From contig CAVYZN010000033.1 of assembly GCA_963773065.1 (NCBI GenBank), forward strand, positions 37,414 through 101,413: a stretch of DNA of 64,000 nt, given 5' to 3'. Under the pieces are notes generated by a model. That model was not told the DNA's origin. It was given only the letters and a program-made list of their open reading frames with translations, and made no database searches. Source of the DNA: an uncultured Gammaproteobacteria bacterium (GTDB lineage Bacteria; Pseudomonadota; Gammaproteobacteria; UBA9214). Within the stretch, counting starts at the first letter, position 1; every line of letters begins with the position of its first letter. Both the position numbers and the translations under genes were made by a program. This document shows positions 23,484 through 34,070 of this stretch, in pieces.

Positions 23484-23978
23484 TCATGCGGTAAGGGGAT
23501 GATGGAACCAATAACTCATTTGACGGGGCGACATGCGTTTCCTGCGTCCCTCGAAACTGGCGATGGCCTGCACGATCTGGTCATAGGGCAGGTTTTCGAT
23601 TTGCGCATACCGTTCAAGCGCCTCACATGCCAGACCATGGATGTTGCCAACCGTACTATCTTGCGCCCTGTCAAGATGCAGCAGCTTTTGCAGTCCCAGC
23701 AATCCCCCGATCTGCACTCTGATTTCCTTGGCGTGAGGCAGTGGTCCGTCGGCATGGGTGAGATGCAGGGAGAAGCGCGCATTGCGGCGCATGGCATCGA
23801 GCAACTCGATACACAGGGCATTGCCCTCGTCCGACTTGCAGGCTACGCCTTCACGGTCCGCAAGATTGAAGCGTGCGGATAGTACACAGCCGCAGCGTCG
23901 CGAGCCGATCGCCTTTTCAAATATACAGCGGCGCTGGTTAAGCGCCTGGTAGGTTGTCCGGTATTCCTGTTCTTCCAC
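23484..23978 (-). CDS. Cys-rich conserved hypothetical protein
   Basis: 164-aa ORF with CIFEK..RRCGC..ADREGVAC...C cluster. Confidence 0.7.
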   Translation of the reverse strand: MEEQEYRTTYQALNQRRCIFEKAIGSRRCGCVLSARFNLADREGVACKSDEGNALCIELLDAMRRNARFSLHLTHADGPLPHAKEIRVQIGGLLGLQKLLHLDRAQDSTVGNIHGLACEALERYAQIENLPYDQIVQAIASFEGRRKRMSPRQMSYWFHHPLTA

Positions 23979-24036
23979 GATTTATGTCACGGCATGAAGT
24001 GGCGCTGGATGATCCCGGGCAACGAGGCCATGGCTG

Positions 24037-24276
24037 TTAGATTTCCCATTCCTTGAGTATCGGCTTTTCCCGGTGTTCGAGCAGGCGCTGTTCCGCCTCG
24101 GGCTGGTTGTCGGCGAAGATGATTTTGTAGATAAAGTCGGCGTCCTTGGATTGGGTCGTGCGCAATGCCTTGACCTCGTTTTTTGCTTCTCGGTAGTTTT
24201 CATGTTGCCCAGTGAATTCAAGCGACCGGGCAATCGCCGTTTCTCCAGGGATGATCTTGTAAATGTAGTAGGGCAT
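24037..24276 (-). CDS. Small hypothetical protein
   Basis: 79-aa ORF (MPYYIYKI...KPILKEWEI), co-oriented with the next gene. Confidence 0.65.
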   Translation of the reverse strand: MPYYIYKIIPGETAIARSLEFTGQHENYREAKNEVKALRTTQSKDADFIYKIIFADNQPEAEQRLLEHREKPILKEWEI

Positions 24277-24629
24277 GGCAAGGGTCCGGTAATTATGGTC
24301 GGTGAGAATATGAAACTTATGACTAGTATAACAACGTCATTATTACGGGCTCCAGGTTCACCGTATTCATGGCGGCCGCGGTGCAGGCGCTTGTATCCCC
24401 ATTTCGTGATTATGGCTGTAAGTTGTGTGAGCATATCGAGTCGTTGCACCATCGAGGCCAACCCGGGGTTGCCGGGTTCTGACTATCATATCCCATATCA
24501 ACACTTCATTCTGAAAATAGCCGGTGGACAGTATGTGCGCTTTGTCATACATGGGTGAAGAGACGTACCGGAACGGCCCGCCTTCGCATTCATGTTCGGG
24601 CTTAGGACGTGCAATGGTGTTAGCCATTC

Positions 24630-24931
24630 CTAGCCGCTTTCCAGAACAATACTGACGACCCGGTTGTTGTACAGCACCACGCATCCGGTTTGTCGCGAGA
24701 TGCCGTCTTCACTATAGTCAAAGGTGTAGGTGCGCTTCAGTCCATAATCACCACTGTCGCGGTAATAGGGCCTGATAGCCTGCAGCGAGACGGTCCCGTC
24801 GAGCAATTGCAGTCCCTGCCGCCTGCAGGAAGCCCGTGCGATTTGGATGGCAATATCGCGGCACTTCAGACTCACCAGCCAAAACCAGACCAGCAGGCAG
24901 ATGAAAATCAGTAATGTGATTGACGACATAA
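24630..24931 (-). CDS. DUF3301 family membrane protein
   Basis: N-terminal TM; CRRQGLQLLDGTV and RTYTFDYSEDG..R.TG. Confidence 0.75.
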
Positions 24932-25139
24932 CATCAATACTAAGGCAATGTCTACGGATGAAAACCACTACGCGACATGTTACCCGCCACAACCATCATC
25001 GATAGGCGGACAGATTGAAGGGTTATGTGTCTGATTTTCCTTGTGGATACTGGGAAATGTTTACGTCTCGACGGGAGTGACCTGCTAGAATGTAACTTGC
25101 CGATGTAGGTCTAGATTAATCAAAGGTGGTCCAGGGAGC

Positions 25140-25541
25140 ATGTCAGCACTCACATCAGAAGACCGGGGTCATCTGGGCCGCATGGTCGTCACCATGCTGG
25201 ATGAATGGGGCATCAAGGCTTCCGACCAGGTGAACATCTTGGCGTTACCGGAAGGAACTCCGACTAGGATGCTGCGCCGCTATCATGAAGATACCCCGCT
25301 GCCGGATGTGCCGGCGGTGATGCAACGGGTCGAACACCTGTTGGGTATTGCCGATGCGCTGCGCACCACCTTTCCCCGCAACTCCAATATCGGTGTCATG
25401 TGGCTGAAGCAGCCCTGCAAACGACTGCGCAGTCGCCGGCCGCTGGACATCATGGTGGAGGGCGGATTGAGTGGTCTCATCACCGTCCGCACCCACCTCG
25501 ACTGCTCCTTTGCCTGGCGCGAATCCGAGCGGAAAGATTGA
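25140..25541 (+). CDS. Xre/MbcA/ParS (DUF2384)-like antitoxin-domain protein
   Basis: LDEWGI...QVNILAL HTH-like N-terminus; WLKQP...RRPLDIM..GG C-terminal signature. Confidence 0.7.
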   Translation: MSALTSEDRGHLGRMVVTMLDEWGIKASDQVNILALPEGTPTRMLRRYHEDTPLPDVPAVMQRVEHLLGIADALRTTFPRNSNIGVMWLKQPCKRLRSRRPLDIMVEGGLSGLITVRTHLDCSFAWRESERKD

Positions 25542-25820
25542 CGCTTACCAGGCGAGAGACATCAATAATTGATTTCAACGATGACCTGACAAAGTTGGAT
25601 CACGGGAAACAAAGACGGTTTATCAACGTTACTGGCAAGTATCGAGCTTCCCCCTGCACAGACATAGGCCACGGATCCCTTGCGTGAGCGCGGCCATGTC
25701 GTGATGTTCGCAGGGGCTATTCTCGTTGGCGGCGGCGCACCAGCTTGTAGCTGGTGATATCGCCGCAGAATTCCGCAATGATCGGCGGTTAGACTAATTA
25801 TAGCCCGGGGCCAGCAGAGT

Positions 25821-26171
25821 ATGAACAAGCCAGGGATTCGGACCGCCATACCCAAGCGCCGTTACAAATACGGTGAATTCACCGTTGTGGTGCTGGGAGA
25901 TATCGAAAGCAGTGACGGTATCGACTATCGCTATATCATGGCCGTGGTGAAGGGAGCGGATCCGGCCCCCGGGCTCTATCTGACAGCGGAGAAGGCCGGC
26001 AAGACGGGCCCGCAAACCGACTATACTATGCGTATGTTCATGCAGGATGGCGCCGCGGTGATCGCGACATCCCCGGCATGGGGGGAACTGGATGCCTTCG
26101 TACAGGAGGGATTGGAGATCGTGAGCGAGATGCTGGGACTGTCCGACGAGGTTACCTACCAGTTGCTGTAG
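25821..26171 (+). CDS. Hypothetical protein
   Basis: Clean 116-aa ORF; no recognised motif. Confidence 0.65.
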   Translation: MNKPGIRTAIPKRRYKYGEFTVVVLGDIESSDGIDYRYIMAVVKGADPAPGLYLTAEKAGKTGPQTDYTMRMFMQDGAAVIATSPAWGELDAFVQEGLEIVSEMLGLSDEVTYQLL

Positions 26172-26183
26172 AAGCGTAGAGAG

Positions 26184-26477
26184 ATGAAGAAACAGGTACG
26201 CAGGCGGTCGATTGTGTTGCTGGTATTGTCATCAGCGCTGTGGACCTCAACCCTGCAGGCCTTCTTCTGTTTCTCCATGGGCGGGGGGAACAGGCACAGG
26301 GACGGTTATTATCCCGTACCACCGCCTTACGGTGGATTCAGAGCCGGTGGTTATCTGGCCTTACCCTACAGCTACAGCCCGGTAATGCTGGAACCGATCA
26401 TCACACCCGCTGAAACCCGGAATGTGGAGTTGCCTATCCCGGTAGCCCCGGTTCCGAAGCAGCATATATTCCATTGA
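26184..26477 (+). CDS. Secreted Gly/Tyr/Pro-rich small protein
   Basis: Signal peptide ending LQA; mature FFCFSMGGG...YYPVPPPYGG. Confidence 0.55.
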   Translation: MKKQVRRRSIVLLVLSSALWTSTLQAFFCFSMGGGNRHRDGYYPVPPPYGGFRAGGYLALPYSYSPVMLEPIITPAETRNVELPIPVAPVPKQHIFH

Positions 26478-26643
26478 GAGCTCGCTTTCGGGCCGAAATC
26501 TCGTGTTATCTGACCAGGTTGAAAGGTACAGCACCTTCGTGAATCCTGCCCGTTGCAGGGCAAATTTACCGATGCCGGCGCGCGGGCCGTGCAGACAGTA
26601 AACGACCACTGTCTTGTCTCTAGGTCTAGGTAGGAAATATTTA

Positions 26644-27885
26644 TTATCCCGACGTCCGACGACCATAGTGACGCTGCACATAATCATCCAACAGCTTCTT
26701 GAAGTCCCTGGTGATCGTATCGCCCTTGAGCGTGACGGTCTTTTCCCCATCCACATAGACCGGCGCGACCGGTATCTCACCGGTACCCGGTAGGCTGATG
26801 CCGATGTTGGCGTGCTTGCTTTCACCGGGGCCGTTGACTACGCAGCCCATGATGGCCACGGTCATTTTCTCCACGCCGGGATAGTGGTCGCGCCACACCG
26901 GCATTTGCCGGCGCAAATGATCCTGAATGTCCTGGGCAAGCTGCTGGAAATAATGGCTGGTCGTGCGGCCGCATCCCGGACAGGCAACGACAGCCGGGGT
27001 GAAATGCCGCAGTTGCATGGCTTGCAGCAATTCCTGTGCGACGATGACCTCCTGGGCACGCTCACCGCCCGGTTCCGGCGTGAGGGAGATACGGATGGTG
27101 TCGCCGATGCCGTCCTGCAGCAGCACGGCAAGTGCCGCCGTCGAAGCCACGATGCCTTTGGATCCCATGCCGGCCTCGGTGAGCCCCAGGTGCAGGGCAT
27201 GGTCACAGCGGGCTGCCAGTTCACGGTAGACTGAAATCAGGTCCTGTACCCCGCTCATCTTGGCTGACAGGATGATGTGATCACGTCCCAGCCCGAGGGC
27301 TTCGGCTCGGGCCGCGCTCTCCAGGGCCGAGGTCACCATGACCTCGTGGATGATCTGCCGCGAGTCCCGGGGTTCGCTGCGCGCGGCGTTTTCATCCATG
27401 AGCCTGGCCACCAGGGTCTGATCGAGGCTTCCCCAGTTGACGCCGATGCGTACCGGTTTGTCATAGCGGCAGGCCGTCTCGATCAGGATGGCAAACTGTT
27501 CATCGCGCTTCTTGCCGCGCCCGACATTGCCCGGGTTGATGCGGTATTTGGCGAGCGCCTGCGCGCATGCCGGGTGATTCGCCAGCAGCTTGTGTCCGTT
27601 GAAATGAAAGTCGCCGATCAGCGGTATGTTCTCGCCGCGCTGGAGCAATTTCTCGTGGATGGCGGGCACGGCGCGCGCGGCATCCTCCGAATTGACGGTG
27701 ATGCGCACCAGTTCGGAACCGGCGCGCGCAAGCTCGATGACCTGTTGCGTGGTGGCGTCCACATCGGCGGTGTCGGTATTGGTCATGGACTGCACTACAA
27801 CCGGCGCGCCACCGCCGACGGTCACGTTTCCGACTCGCACGGCGATGGTGTGACGGGGTTTGACAGGCGGCGTTGAAGCGGACAT
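26644..27885 (-). CDS. ispG: (E)-4-hydroxy-3-methylbut-2-enyl-diphosphate synthase
   Basis: [39 protein letters not shown] and [10 protein letters not shown] motifs. Confidence 0.96.
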   Translation of the reverse strand: MSASTPPVKPRHTIAVRVGNVTVGGGAPVVVQSMTNTDTADVDATTQQVIELARAGSELVRITVNSEDAARAVPAIHEKLLQRGENIPLIGDFHFNGHKLLANHPACAQALAKYRINPGNVGRGKKRDEQFAILIETACRYDKPVRIGVNWGSLDQTLVARLMDENAARSEPRDSRQIIHEVMVTSALESAARAEALGLGRDHIILSAKMSGVQDLISVYRELAARCDHALHLGLTEAGMGSKGIVASTAALAVLLQDGIGDTIRISLTPEPGGERAQEVIVAQELLQAMQLRHFTPAVVACPGCGRTTSHYFQQLAQDIQDHLRRQMPVWRDHYPGVEKMTVAIMGCVVNGPGESKHANIGISLPGTGEIPVAPVYVDGEKTVTLKGDTITRDFKKLLDDYVQRHYGRRTSG

Positions 27886-28178
27886 GGCGAGAACTTCGGT
27901 CAGGGTGGTTTGTTTGCGCCGATCGGGGCTATCGTCCCGCGTGAGCCAGGGCTGGTTCTGGCCATATTGGTCAGATCTAGCTCAAGGCTACGGGTCGGCA
28001 GGGGCGCTGCCATCCAGCGCAATGGTTAACAGGCCATCAATGATAAACGATTTTAACCGACGGTACAGGCCGTGTGCGGGTGGCCGTGGCGGGTATCGCC
28101 GTCCAGCCATTCATCCGATGCCGCGTGGTTTGTGAAACACTTGTCATATATCAGGAGGATATTGCATCTTCGGATCAA

Positions 28179-28213
28179 CTGTATATGATCCCAGTAACGG
28201 GATAAGTAGACAG
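28179..28213 (+). promoter_or_regulatory. Tandem SOS (LexA) boxes
   Basis: CTGTATATGATCCCAG (28179-28194) and CGGGATAAGTAGACAG (28198-28213), matching CTG-N10-CAG, just upstream of lexA. Confidence 0.8.
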
Positions 28214-28221
28214 TCATCGCG

Positions 28222-28836
28222 ATGATCAGGGATACGCTCACTCCCCGCCAGTCTGAAATCTTGGAACTGATTCGCACCTGCATCGTTGAACAGGGTTTCC
28301 CACCTACGCGTGCCGAAATTGCCCGCCGCCTCGGTTTCCGTTCCGCGAACGCGGCGGAAGACCACCTGCGCGCCCTCGAGCGCAAGGGTATCGTCCAACT
28401 GGTGCCGGGTTCTTCACGCGGTATCCGGCTTCTCGATGCCATTGGCGGTCTGCCGGTGGTGGGACGCGTCGCGGCGGGCGCTCCCCTGCTTGGCGAACAA
28501 AATATCGAGGATTACTGCCCGGTTGACCCGGCTGTGTTCCATCCCCGCGCCGATTTCCTGCTGCGTGTACGCGGTGACAGTATGAAAGGCGCCGGCATCC
28601 TCGACGGCGACCTGCTGGCGGTGCAGGGCACACCGCAGGCCGCGAACGGCCAGATTGTCGTGGCGCGCATCGGAGATGAAGTGACGGTGAAACGCTTCCG
28701 CCGGCGTGGCGCCATTATTCACCTGCTGCCCGAGAATCCGGACTACAGACCGATTCGGATCGATCTGCGCGAGCAGTCGCTGGTGATTGAAGGGCTGGCT
28801 GTCGGGATCCTGCGCAGGGGGTTACATGATACCTAA
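28222..28836 (+). CDS. lexA: SOS repressor LexA
   Basis: [17 protein letters not shown] cleavage site, GDSM (Ser) and VTVKR (Lys). Confidence 0.96.
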   Translation: MIRDTLTPRQSEILELIRTCIVEQGFPPTRAEIARRLGFRSANAAEDHLRALERKGIVQLVPGSSRGIRLLDAIGGLPVVGRVAAGAPLLGEQNIEDYCPVDPAVFHPRADFLLRVRGDSMKGAGILDGDLLAVQGTPQAANGQIVVARIGDEVTVKRFRRRGAIIHLLPENPDYRPIRIDLREQSLVIEGLAVGILRRGLHDT

Positions 28837-28966
28837 CCTCCCTAATGCCACCATTACATCGCCGGCGGCTAGCCCCGTTTTCACTGTCATTACAGCTCCC
28901 CTGTTCGGATAACATAATTAGCCACAAGACTCGGATAAATAGAATTAGATCAACAAGGAAACCCCT

Positions 28967-29836
28967 GTGAGCAAAGCCGCCTCGAATTCAGCCATACTGC
29001 TGATCCACTGTCCCGACCAGAAGGGGATCGTAATTTCCATCACCGAGTTCATCTTCAAGAACGGTGGCAATATTCTCTATCTCGACCAGCATGTCGATAC
29101 GCAGCGGCAGGTCTTCTTCATGCGCATCGAATGGGATCTGGATGGTTTCACGATAGGAAAAGAAAAGATTGGCGAGTACTTTGAAACGCTGGTGGCGGCC
29201 CGCTTCTCGATGCAATGGCGCCTGCACTTCTCGAACGAGATCCGCCGCATGGCGCTGTTCGTATCAAGGCAGCCGCATTGCTTCTACGACCTGCTGGCGC
29301 GTTACGAGTCCGGTGAATGGCAGGTCGAGATCCCGCTGATCATCAGCAACCATCCCGACATGCAGCCGGCGGCGGAGCGGCTCGGGATCGATTATGTCCA
29401 TCTGCCCGTCAACCCGGACAACAGGCAGGCGCAGGAGCAGAGGCAGTTGGAGTTGCTGGAGCAGTACCGGGTCGATTTCATCGTGCTGGCCCGCTACATG
29501 CAGATACTCGGAGAAGACTTCATCGCGCACTACCCGCAACGGGTCATCAATATCCATCACTCCTTTCTTCCGGCGTTCCCCGGGGCGCGTCCCTATCATT
29601 CGGCCCACGATCGCGGCGTCAAGATCATCGGCGCCACTAGCCATTACGTGACTGTCGCACTGGATGCCGGTCCGATCATCGAGCAGGACGTGGTGCGGGT
29701 CAGCCACAAGGATACGGTCGAGGACATGGTGCGCAAGGGGCGCGACCTGGAGAAGATCGTCCTGGCGCGCGCCGTCTGGCATCATCTGCGGCATAACCTG
29801 CTGGTCTATGAAAACCGCACGGTCGTATTCGAGTAA
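28967..29836 (+). CDS. purU: Formyltetrahydrofolate deformylase
   Basis: N-terminal ACT domain (CPDQKGIV); LARYMQ, INIHHSFLPAF and GATSHYV..LDAGPII. Confidence 0.95.
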   Translation: MSKAASNSAILLIHCPDQKGIVISITEFIFKNGGNILYLDQHVDTQRQVFFMRIEWDLDGFTIGKEKIGEYFETLVAARFSMQWRLHFSNEIRRMALFVSRQPHCFYDLLARYESGEWQVEIPLIISNHPDMQPAAERLGIDYVHLPVNPDNRQAQEQRQLELLEQYRVDFIVLARYMQILGEDFIAHYPQRVINIHHSFLPAFPGARPYHSAHDRGVKIIGATSHYVTVALDAGPIIEQDVVRVSHKDTVEDMVRKGRDLEKIVLARAVWHHLRHNLLVYENRTVVFE

Positions 29837-29919
29837 CGGATCGGTTGGATAGGCGTTCGGCGACCGTCACAGGCAGTAGGCCATCGGGCTGGCAGCGTCC
29901 CAACCGGTCCAATAGCCGG

Positions 29920-30783
29920 TCAGGCCGCCATGCCCTGACGTACCGCTTCCTTGTAATCCTGGTAAAGCCGGATCATGCGATTCCACGCGGGACCGGGTTT
30001 GCCGCTGCCGACGGGCCGGTCATCGAGGCGGATGACGGGTGAGATTTCACGGGTGGAACTGGTGAGCCAGATTTCATCGGCGCCGGCGAGTTCCTCGACG
30101 GTGATATCGGCCTCACGGCAGGTAATGCCGTTGGCTCTCGCCAGTTCCAGAATGAGTTCGCGGGTCACGCCCGGCAGCAGGGCGGTGCTGTTGGGGGGTG
30201 TCTTCAGCGCGCCGTTACCGACGATGAAGATGTTGCTGGCGGCGCCCTCGATGGCGTAGCCCTCCTTGATAAGGATGGCCTCGGCCGTGTTCGCATCGAC
30301 GGCCTGCTGGCGCAGCAGTACATTGGCCAGCAGGGTGATGGCCTTGATGTCGCAGCGCTGCCAGCGGATGTCGGGGCGGGTGATCGCGGTAACGCCGGGT
30401 TCATTGTCGATCTCGCGCGAGACCAGACACGCCGTGCTCATGGCGAATACCGTCGGCCGGCAATCCACCGGGAAGGCGTGGTCGCGCCTGGGGGCAACGC
30501 CGCGGGTTACCTGCAGATAGACGGTCTGGTCACGTCCCTCGTTGCGGGCGACCAGCTCCGCGAGCATCGATTCCCAGTCTTTGCCCGCAAGGGGATTGCC
30601 GATACGCACCGCGTCCAGGCTGTTCTGCAGCCGCCTCAGATGATGCGCGAGGCGAAAGAGTTTGCCGCCATAGACGGGGATGACTTCATAGACGCCGTCG
30701 CCGAACAGAAAACCGCGATCCATGACCGAGACATGGGCCTGGTCGAGCGGCAGGAATACGCCGTTCAGGTAAGCGGTTGACAT
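29920..30783 (-). CDS. dat: D-amino acid aminotransferase (class IV PLP)
   Basis: DRGFLFGDGVYE, RCDIK, EGAASN and LPGVTR motifs; after dac. Confidence 0.88.
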   Translation of the reverse strand: MSTAYLNGVFLPLDQAHVSVMDRGFLFGDGVYEVIPVYGGKLFRLAHHLRRLQNSLDAVRIGNPLAGKDWESMLAELVARNEGRDQTVYLQVTRGVAPRRDHAFPVDCRPTVFAMSTACLVSREIDNEPGVTAITRPDIRWQRCDIKAITLLANVLLRQQAVDANTAEAILIKEGYAIEGAASNIFIVGNGALKTPPNSTALLPGVTRELILELARANGITCREADITVEELAGADEIWLTSSTREISPVIRLDDRPVGSGKPGPAWNRMIRLYQDYKEAVRQGMAA

Positions 30784-30827
30784 GGCGGTTGCGGGGTCGG
30801 GCGGTGACGGGAGCGGGACGCTCCCCG

Positions 30828-31975
30828 CTATTCAAAGTAGAGCAGGGCCTCATCCACGATGCGCCGCCAGATGGAACCTTCGTTGACACCCTGCAAGGCG
30901 ACCAGATTCTGTCCGGCGATGACCGCATCACCCAACTGGACCTGCACGGCGCCAAGTGGCTGTCCTTTGCTTAGCGGGGCCATGATCCGGTTGTTGATGG
31001 TCATGGAGGCAGCCAGCGCCTTGTACTGGCCACGCGGCACGGTCGCATAGAGCGGGCTGTCGAGACCGAGTGATACCGTGTCGGATTTCACCCTTCCAGA
31101 CGCGCGCGCTCGCGAGTTGCTTGCCTGCCTCATACAGTTTATGCGTCTCGAAGAAACGGAAGCCGTAGTTGAGCAGGGCCTGACTGGCGTCGGCGCGCGC
31201 GTTCTCGCTCGCGGTACCGAGGACCACGCTGATCAGGCGCATGTCGTCCTTCTTGGCCGAGGTTACCAGGCAGTAACCGGCCGACTCGGTGTGCCCGGTC
31301 TTCATGCCGTCCACCGTCGCATCGCGCCACAGCAGCTTGTTGCGGTTGTATTGCGTGATGTCGTTGTAGGTGAACTCCTTCTGGGAATACCACTTGTAGT
31401 ATTCCGGAAACTCCCGGATGATCGTCGCGGCAAGATGGGCGATGTCGCGCGCCGTCATGTGATGCTCGGGGTCCGTCAGGCCGGTGGAATTCATGAAGTG
31501 GCTGCCCTTCATTCCCAGTGTCTCGGCATGCCGGTTCATCAGGGCGGCAAAGCTCGTCCTCGCTGCCGGCGACGTATTCGGCCAGCGCCACCGTGGCGTC
31601 ATTGCCGGACTGGATGATCATGCCTTGCAGCAGATCCTCCACGCTGACCTGCTTGCCGACCTCGACGAACATGCGTGAGCCGGGGGTGCGCCACGCCGTT
31701 TCGCTTATCGTGACCATATCGCTGAGGGAGATTTTCCCCGAGCGCAGCTCCTTGAAGACCGCATAGGCGGTCATCAGCTTGGTGATGCTGGCGGGATCGA
31801 CCGGCTTGTCCGCGTCCTGCTCGGCGATGATCCGGCCGCTGTCGAAATCCTGCAGGATAAATGCCTTGGCCCCGGTTGACGGCGGCTGGGGGATCGGCAG
31901 GGGTTCGGCCTGGAGGCTTGAAACGGCAAACAGCAGCAGGATGGCGGGTAACAAGCGAATGAGTCTATACGGCAT
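30828..31975 (-). CDS. D-alanyl-D-alanine carboxypeptidase (PBP5/6), frameshifted
   Basis: PASITK (SxxK), SGND and KTG motifs; PBP5 C-terminal domain. Confidence 0.92.
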
Positions 31976-32068
31976 GATCTTCCTGTTCAGGTTCCGGTAA
32001 TCAGTACACCGCGCATTGTCCGCATGTCACGGACGATTTGCAACGGCCCGGCGCCCATCGCGCGGGTC

Positions 32069-32989
32069 TCAGTCGATGACGACCTGGGTTTTGCCGTATC
32101 CCTGCGATGCCAGGTCGCCGGTAATCCGGTCAGCCTCGTCGACGGAGTTGAGCGGTCCGATCCGCACGCGGTAGATGCGGCCGGAGGCATTGGATGCCTC
32201 CACGATGTGGATGGCGCCGATTTTTGCGTCCTCTAGCTTGCTGCCGAGGCGTTTGGCGTTGTCCCTGCTCTTGAAGGCGCCCACCTGGAGAAAGAGTGAT
32301 GCAGCCTGGAATGCCACCGCCGCGGGCTTGCGGGCGGCGAGCACCGGGTTGGGCGGCGCCGACGGATTGATCGCCTCCACCTCGACCAGGCCGGTGCCGT
32401 ACTCGAGTATGCCGAGTTTGGCGGCGGCGGCGTACGACAGGTCAATGATGCGATTAGAATGAAACGGACCCCGGTCATTGATTTTGACGATGATGGAACG
32501 GCCGTTCTGGAGATTGGTTACCTTGGCATAGGTCGGCAGCGGCAGGGTCTTGTGGGCGGCCGTCATCTTGTACAGGTCATAGACCTCGCCGCTGGAGGTG
32601 CGCTGTCCGTGGAATTTGGTTCCGTACCAGGAAGCGATGCCACGCTCGACATGGCCGTTGCGGCTGGTTAGCGTGTAGTAGCGATGACCGTCAACGACAT
32701 AGGAGACCGGGTTGCCATAGCGGCTGAGCGGTTCGTCGCGAGGGACGGCATCCTGGATGCAGGAAATGTCGATCGGTTCCGACGGGGCATAGTCGCCGGT
32801 TTCTCTGGAACTCTGCGAACTGCAGCCGGTGAACAGCGCGGTGATCAACAATGCGGCGGCCAGTGCGGAGCCGGAAAACACGGCGTCGGCGCCGCGTGCC
32901 GCGGGGGCCTGGACGCCCGCCGGGCAGGTGCAAACGGCCAATGGCGGCGGGAGTGGCGTCACTCTTGCCGGTGTTGACCTGTTCTGCAT
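32069..32989 (-). CDS. rlpA: Septal ring lytic transglycosylase RlpA (lipoprotein, SPOR)
   Basis: Lipobox FTGC; GIASWYG, TAAHKTLP, INDRGPF and IIDLSY; C-terminal SPOR domain. Confidence 0.93.
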   Translation of the reverse strand: MQNRSTPARVTPLPPPLAVCTCPAGVQAPAARGADAVFSGSALAAALLITALFTGCSSQSSRETGDYAPSEPIDISCIQDAVPRDEPLSRYGNPVSYVVDGHRYYTLTSRNGHVERGIASWYGTKFHGQRTSSGEVYDLYKMTAAHKTLPLPTYAKVTNLQNGRSIIVKINDRGPFHSNRIIDLSYAAAAKLGILEYGTGLVEVEAINPSAPPNPVLAARKPAAVAFQAASLFLQVGAFKSRDNAKRLGSKLEDAKIGAIHIVEASNASGRIYRVRIGPLNSVDEADRITGDLASQGYGKTQVVID

Positions 32990-33008
32990 AGCCCTCCCCC
33001 CGTAAGGT

Positions 33009-34028
33009 CTATTGCATGCGCGCGCGCGCCAGCCGGATTTCCTCGCTCAACTGATAAACCGCCATGGCATAAAGCGGGCTGTGGTTGTAACGGGTAATGA
33101 CGTAGAAGTTGTTAAATCCCAGCCAATATTCCGGACCGTTCTCCTGTTCCAGCGATAGTAACGCGGCCAGTGTGTCGTCTGGAAGGGGTGTTGACGGCGT
33201 GATGCCGTCCGTCCTCAGCTCTTTCACCGCCGTGTCCGGTTTCAGACCCTTTTCAATGACGCTTTCGTAACGGTCGCCGGTCACATTGGCCCGGATCGTT
33301 ACCGCTGCGCCCGGATCCCAGCCATGCACATGCAGGTAGTTCGCCACGCTGCCGACGATATCCATCGGACTGTCCCAGAGGTCGCGTTTCCCGTCCTGGT
33401 CGAAATCGACGGCAAAGCGCTGGTAACTGCTGGGTATGAACTGTCCGTATCCCATGGCGCCGGCATAGGAGCCCTTGGTGTTCAGCAGGTCGATGTGTTC
33501 CGCGCGCGCCAGCAGCAGGTATTGCTCCAGTTCGCCGCGGAAGAACTCGCCGCGCGGCGGATAATCGAACGCCAGCGTCGAGAGGGCGTCCAGCACCCGA
33601 TAGGGTCCCGTGTTCCCGCCGTAGCGGGTTTCAACGCCGATGATGGCCACGATGACCTGCGCATCGACGCCGTAGGCCTTTGCCGCCTGATCGAGTATCG
33701 CCGCGTTCTGGTTCCAGAATGCCACTCCTCCCTCAATGCGGCTTTGGGTCAGAAAGATTTTCCGGTATTCATACCAGGGCAGTTTTTTCTCGACCGGCTT
33801 GCTCATCAGTGCCAGGATGTCGTCGCGGCGTTGCGCCTGGCTGAAGATTTTATCCAGCTCCTCTCTGCTGAAACCGTGTTGGGCGACCATCTCGTCGATG
33901 AATACCTGCACTTGCGGATTGGAGGCATAGCCGCTCGACTGCGGCACGGATGCCGTCGTCGTGCAGGCGGGGAGCGCACCGAGCAGGGCGACGATGGTGA
34001 GGGCGGTTCCCAGGAACCCTTTCAACAT
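33009..34028 (-). CDS. mltB: Lytic murein transglycosylase B
   Basis: IIGVETRYG, GSYAGAMG..QFIPSS, DFDQDG EF-hand and ITRYNHS. Confidence 0.94.
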   Translation of the reverse strand: MLKGFLGTALTIVALLGALPACTTTASVPQSSGYASNPQVQVFIDEMVAQHGFSREELDKIFSQAQRRDDILALMSKPVEKKLPWYEYRKIFLTQSRIEGGVAFWNQNAAILDQAAKAYGVDAQVIVAIIGVETRYGGNTGPYRVLDALSTLAFDYPPRGEFFRGELEQYLLLARAEHIDLLNTKGSYAGAMGYGQFIPSSYQRFAVDFDQDGKRDLWDSPMDIVGSVANYLHVHGWDPGAAVTIRANVTGDRYESVIEKGLKPDTAVKELRTDGITPSTPLPDDTLAALLSLEQENGPEYWLGFNNFYVITRYNHSPLYAMAVYQLSEEIRLARARMQ

Positions 34029-34070
34029 GGCTGCGCTTCTCTCGTATAAGGACGGAGGGATTCTATCACT

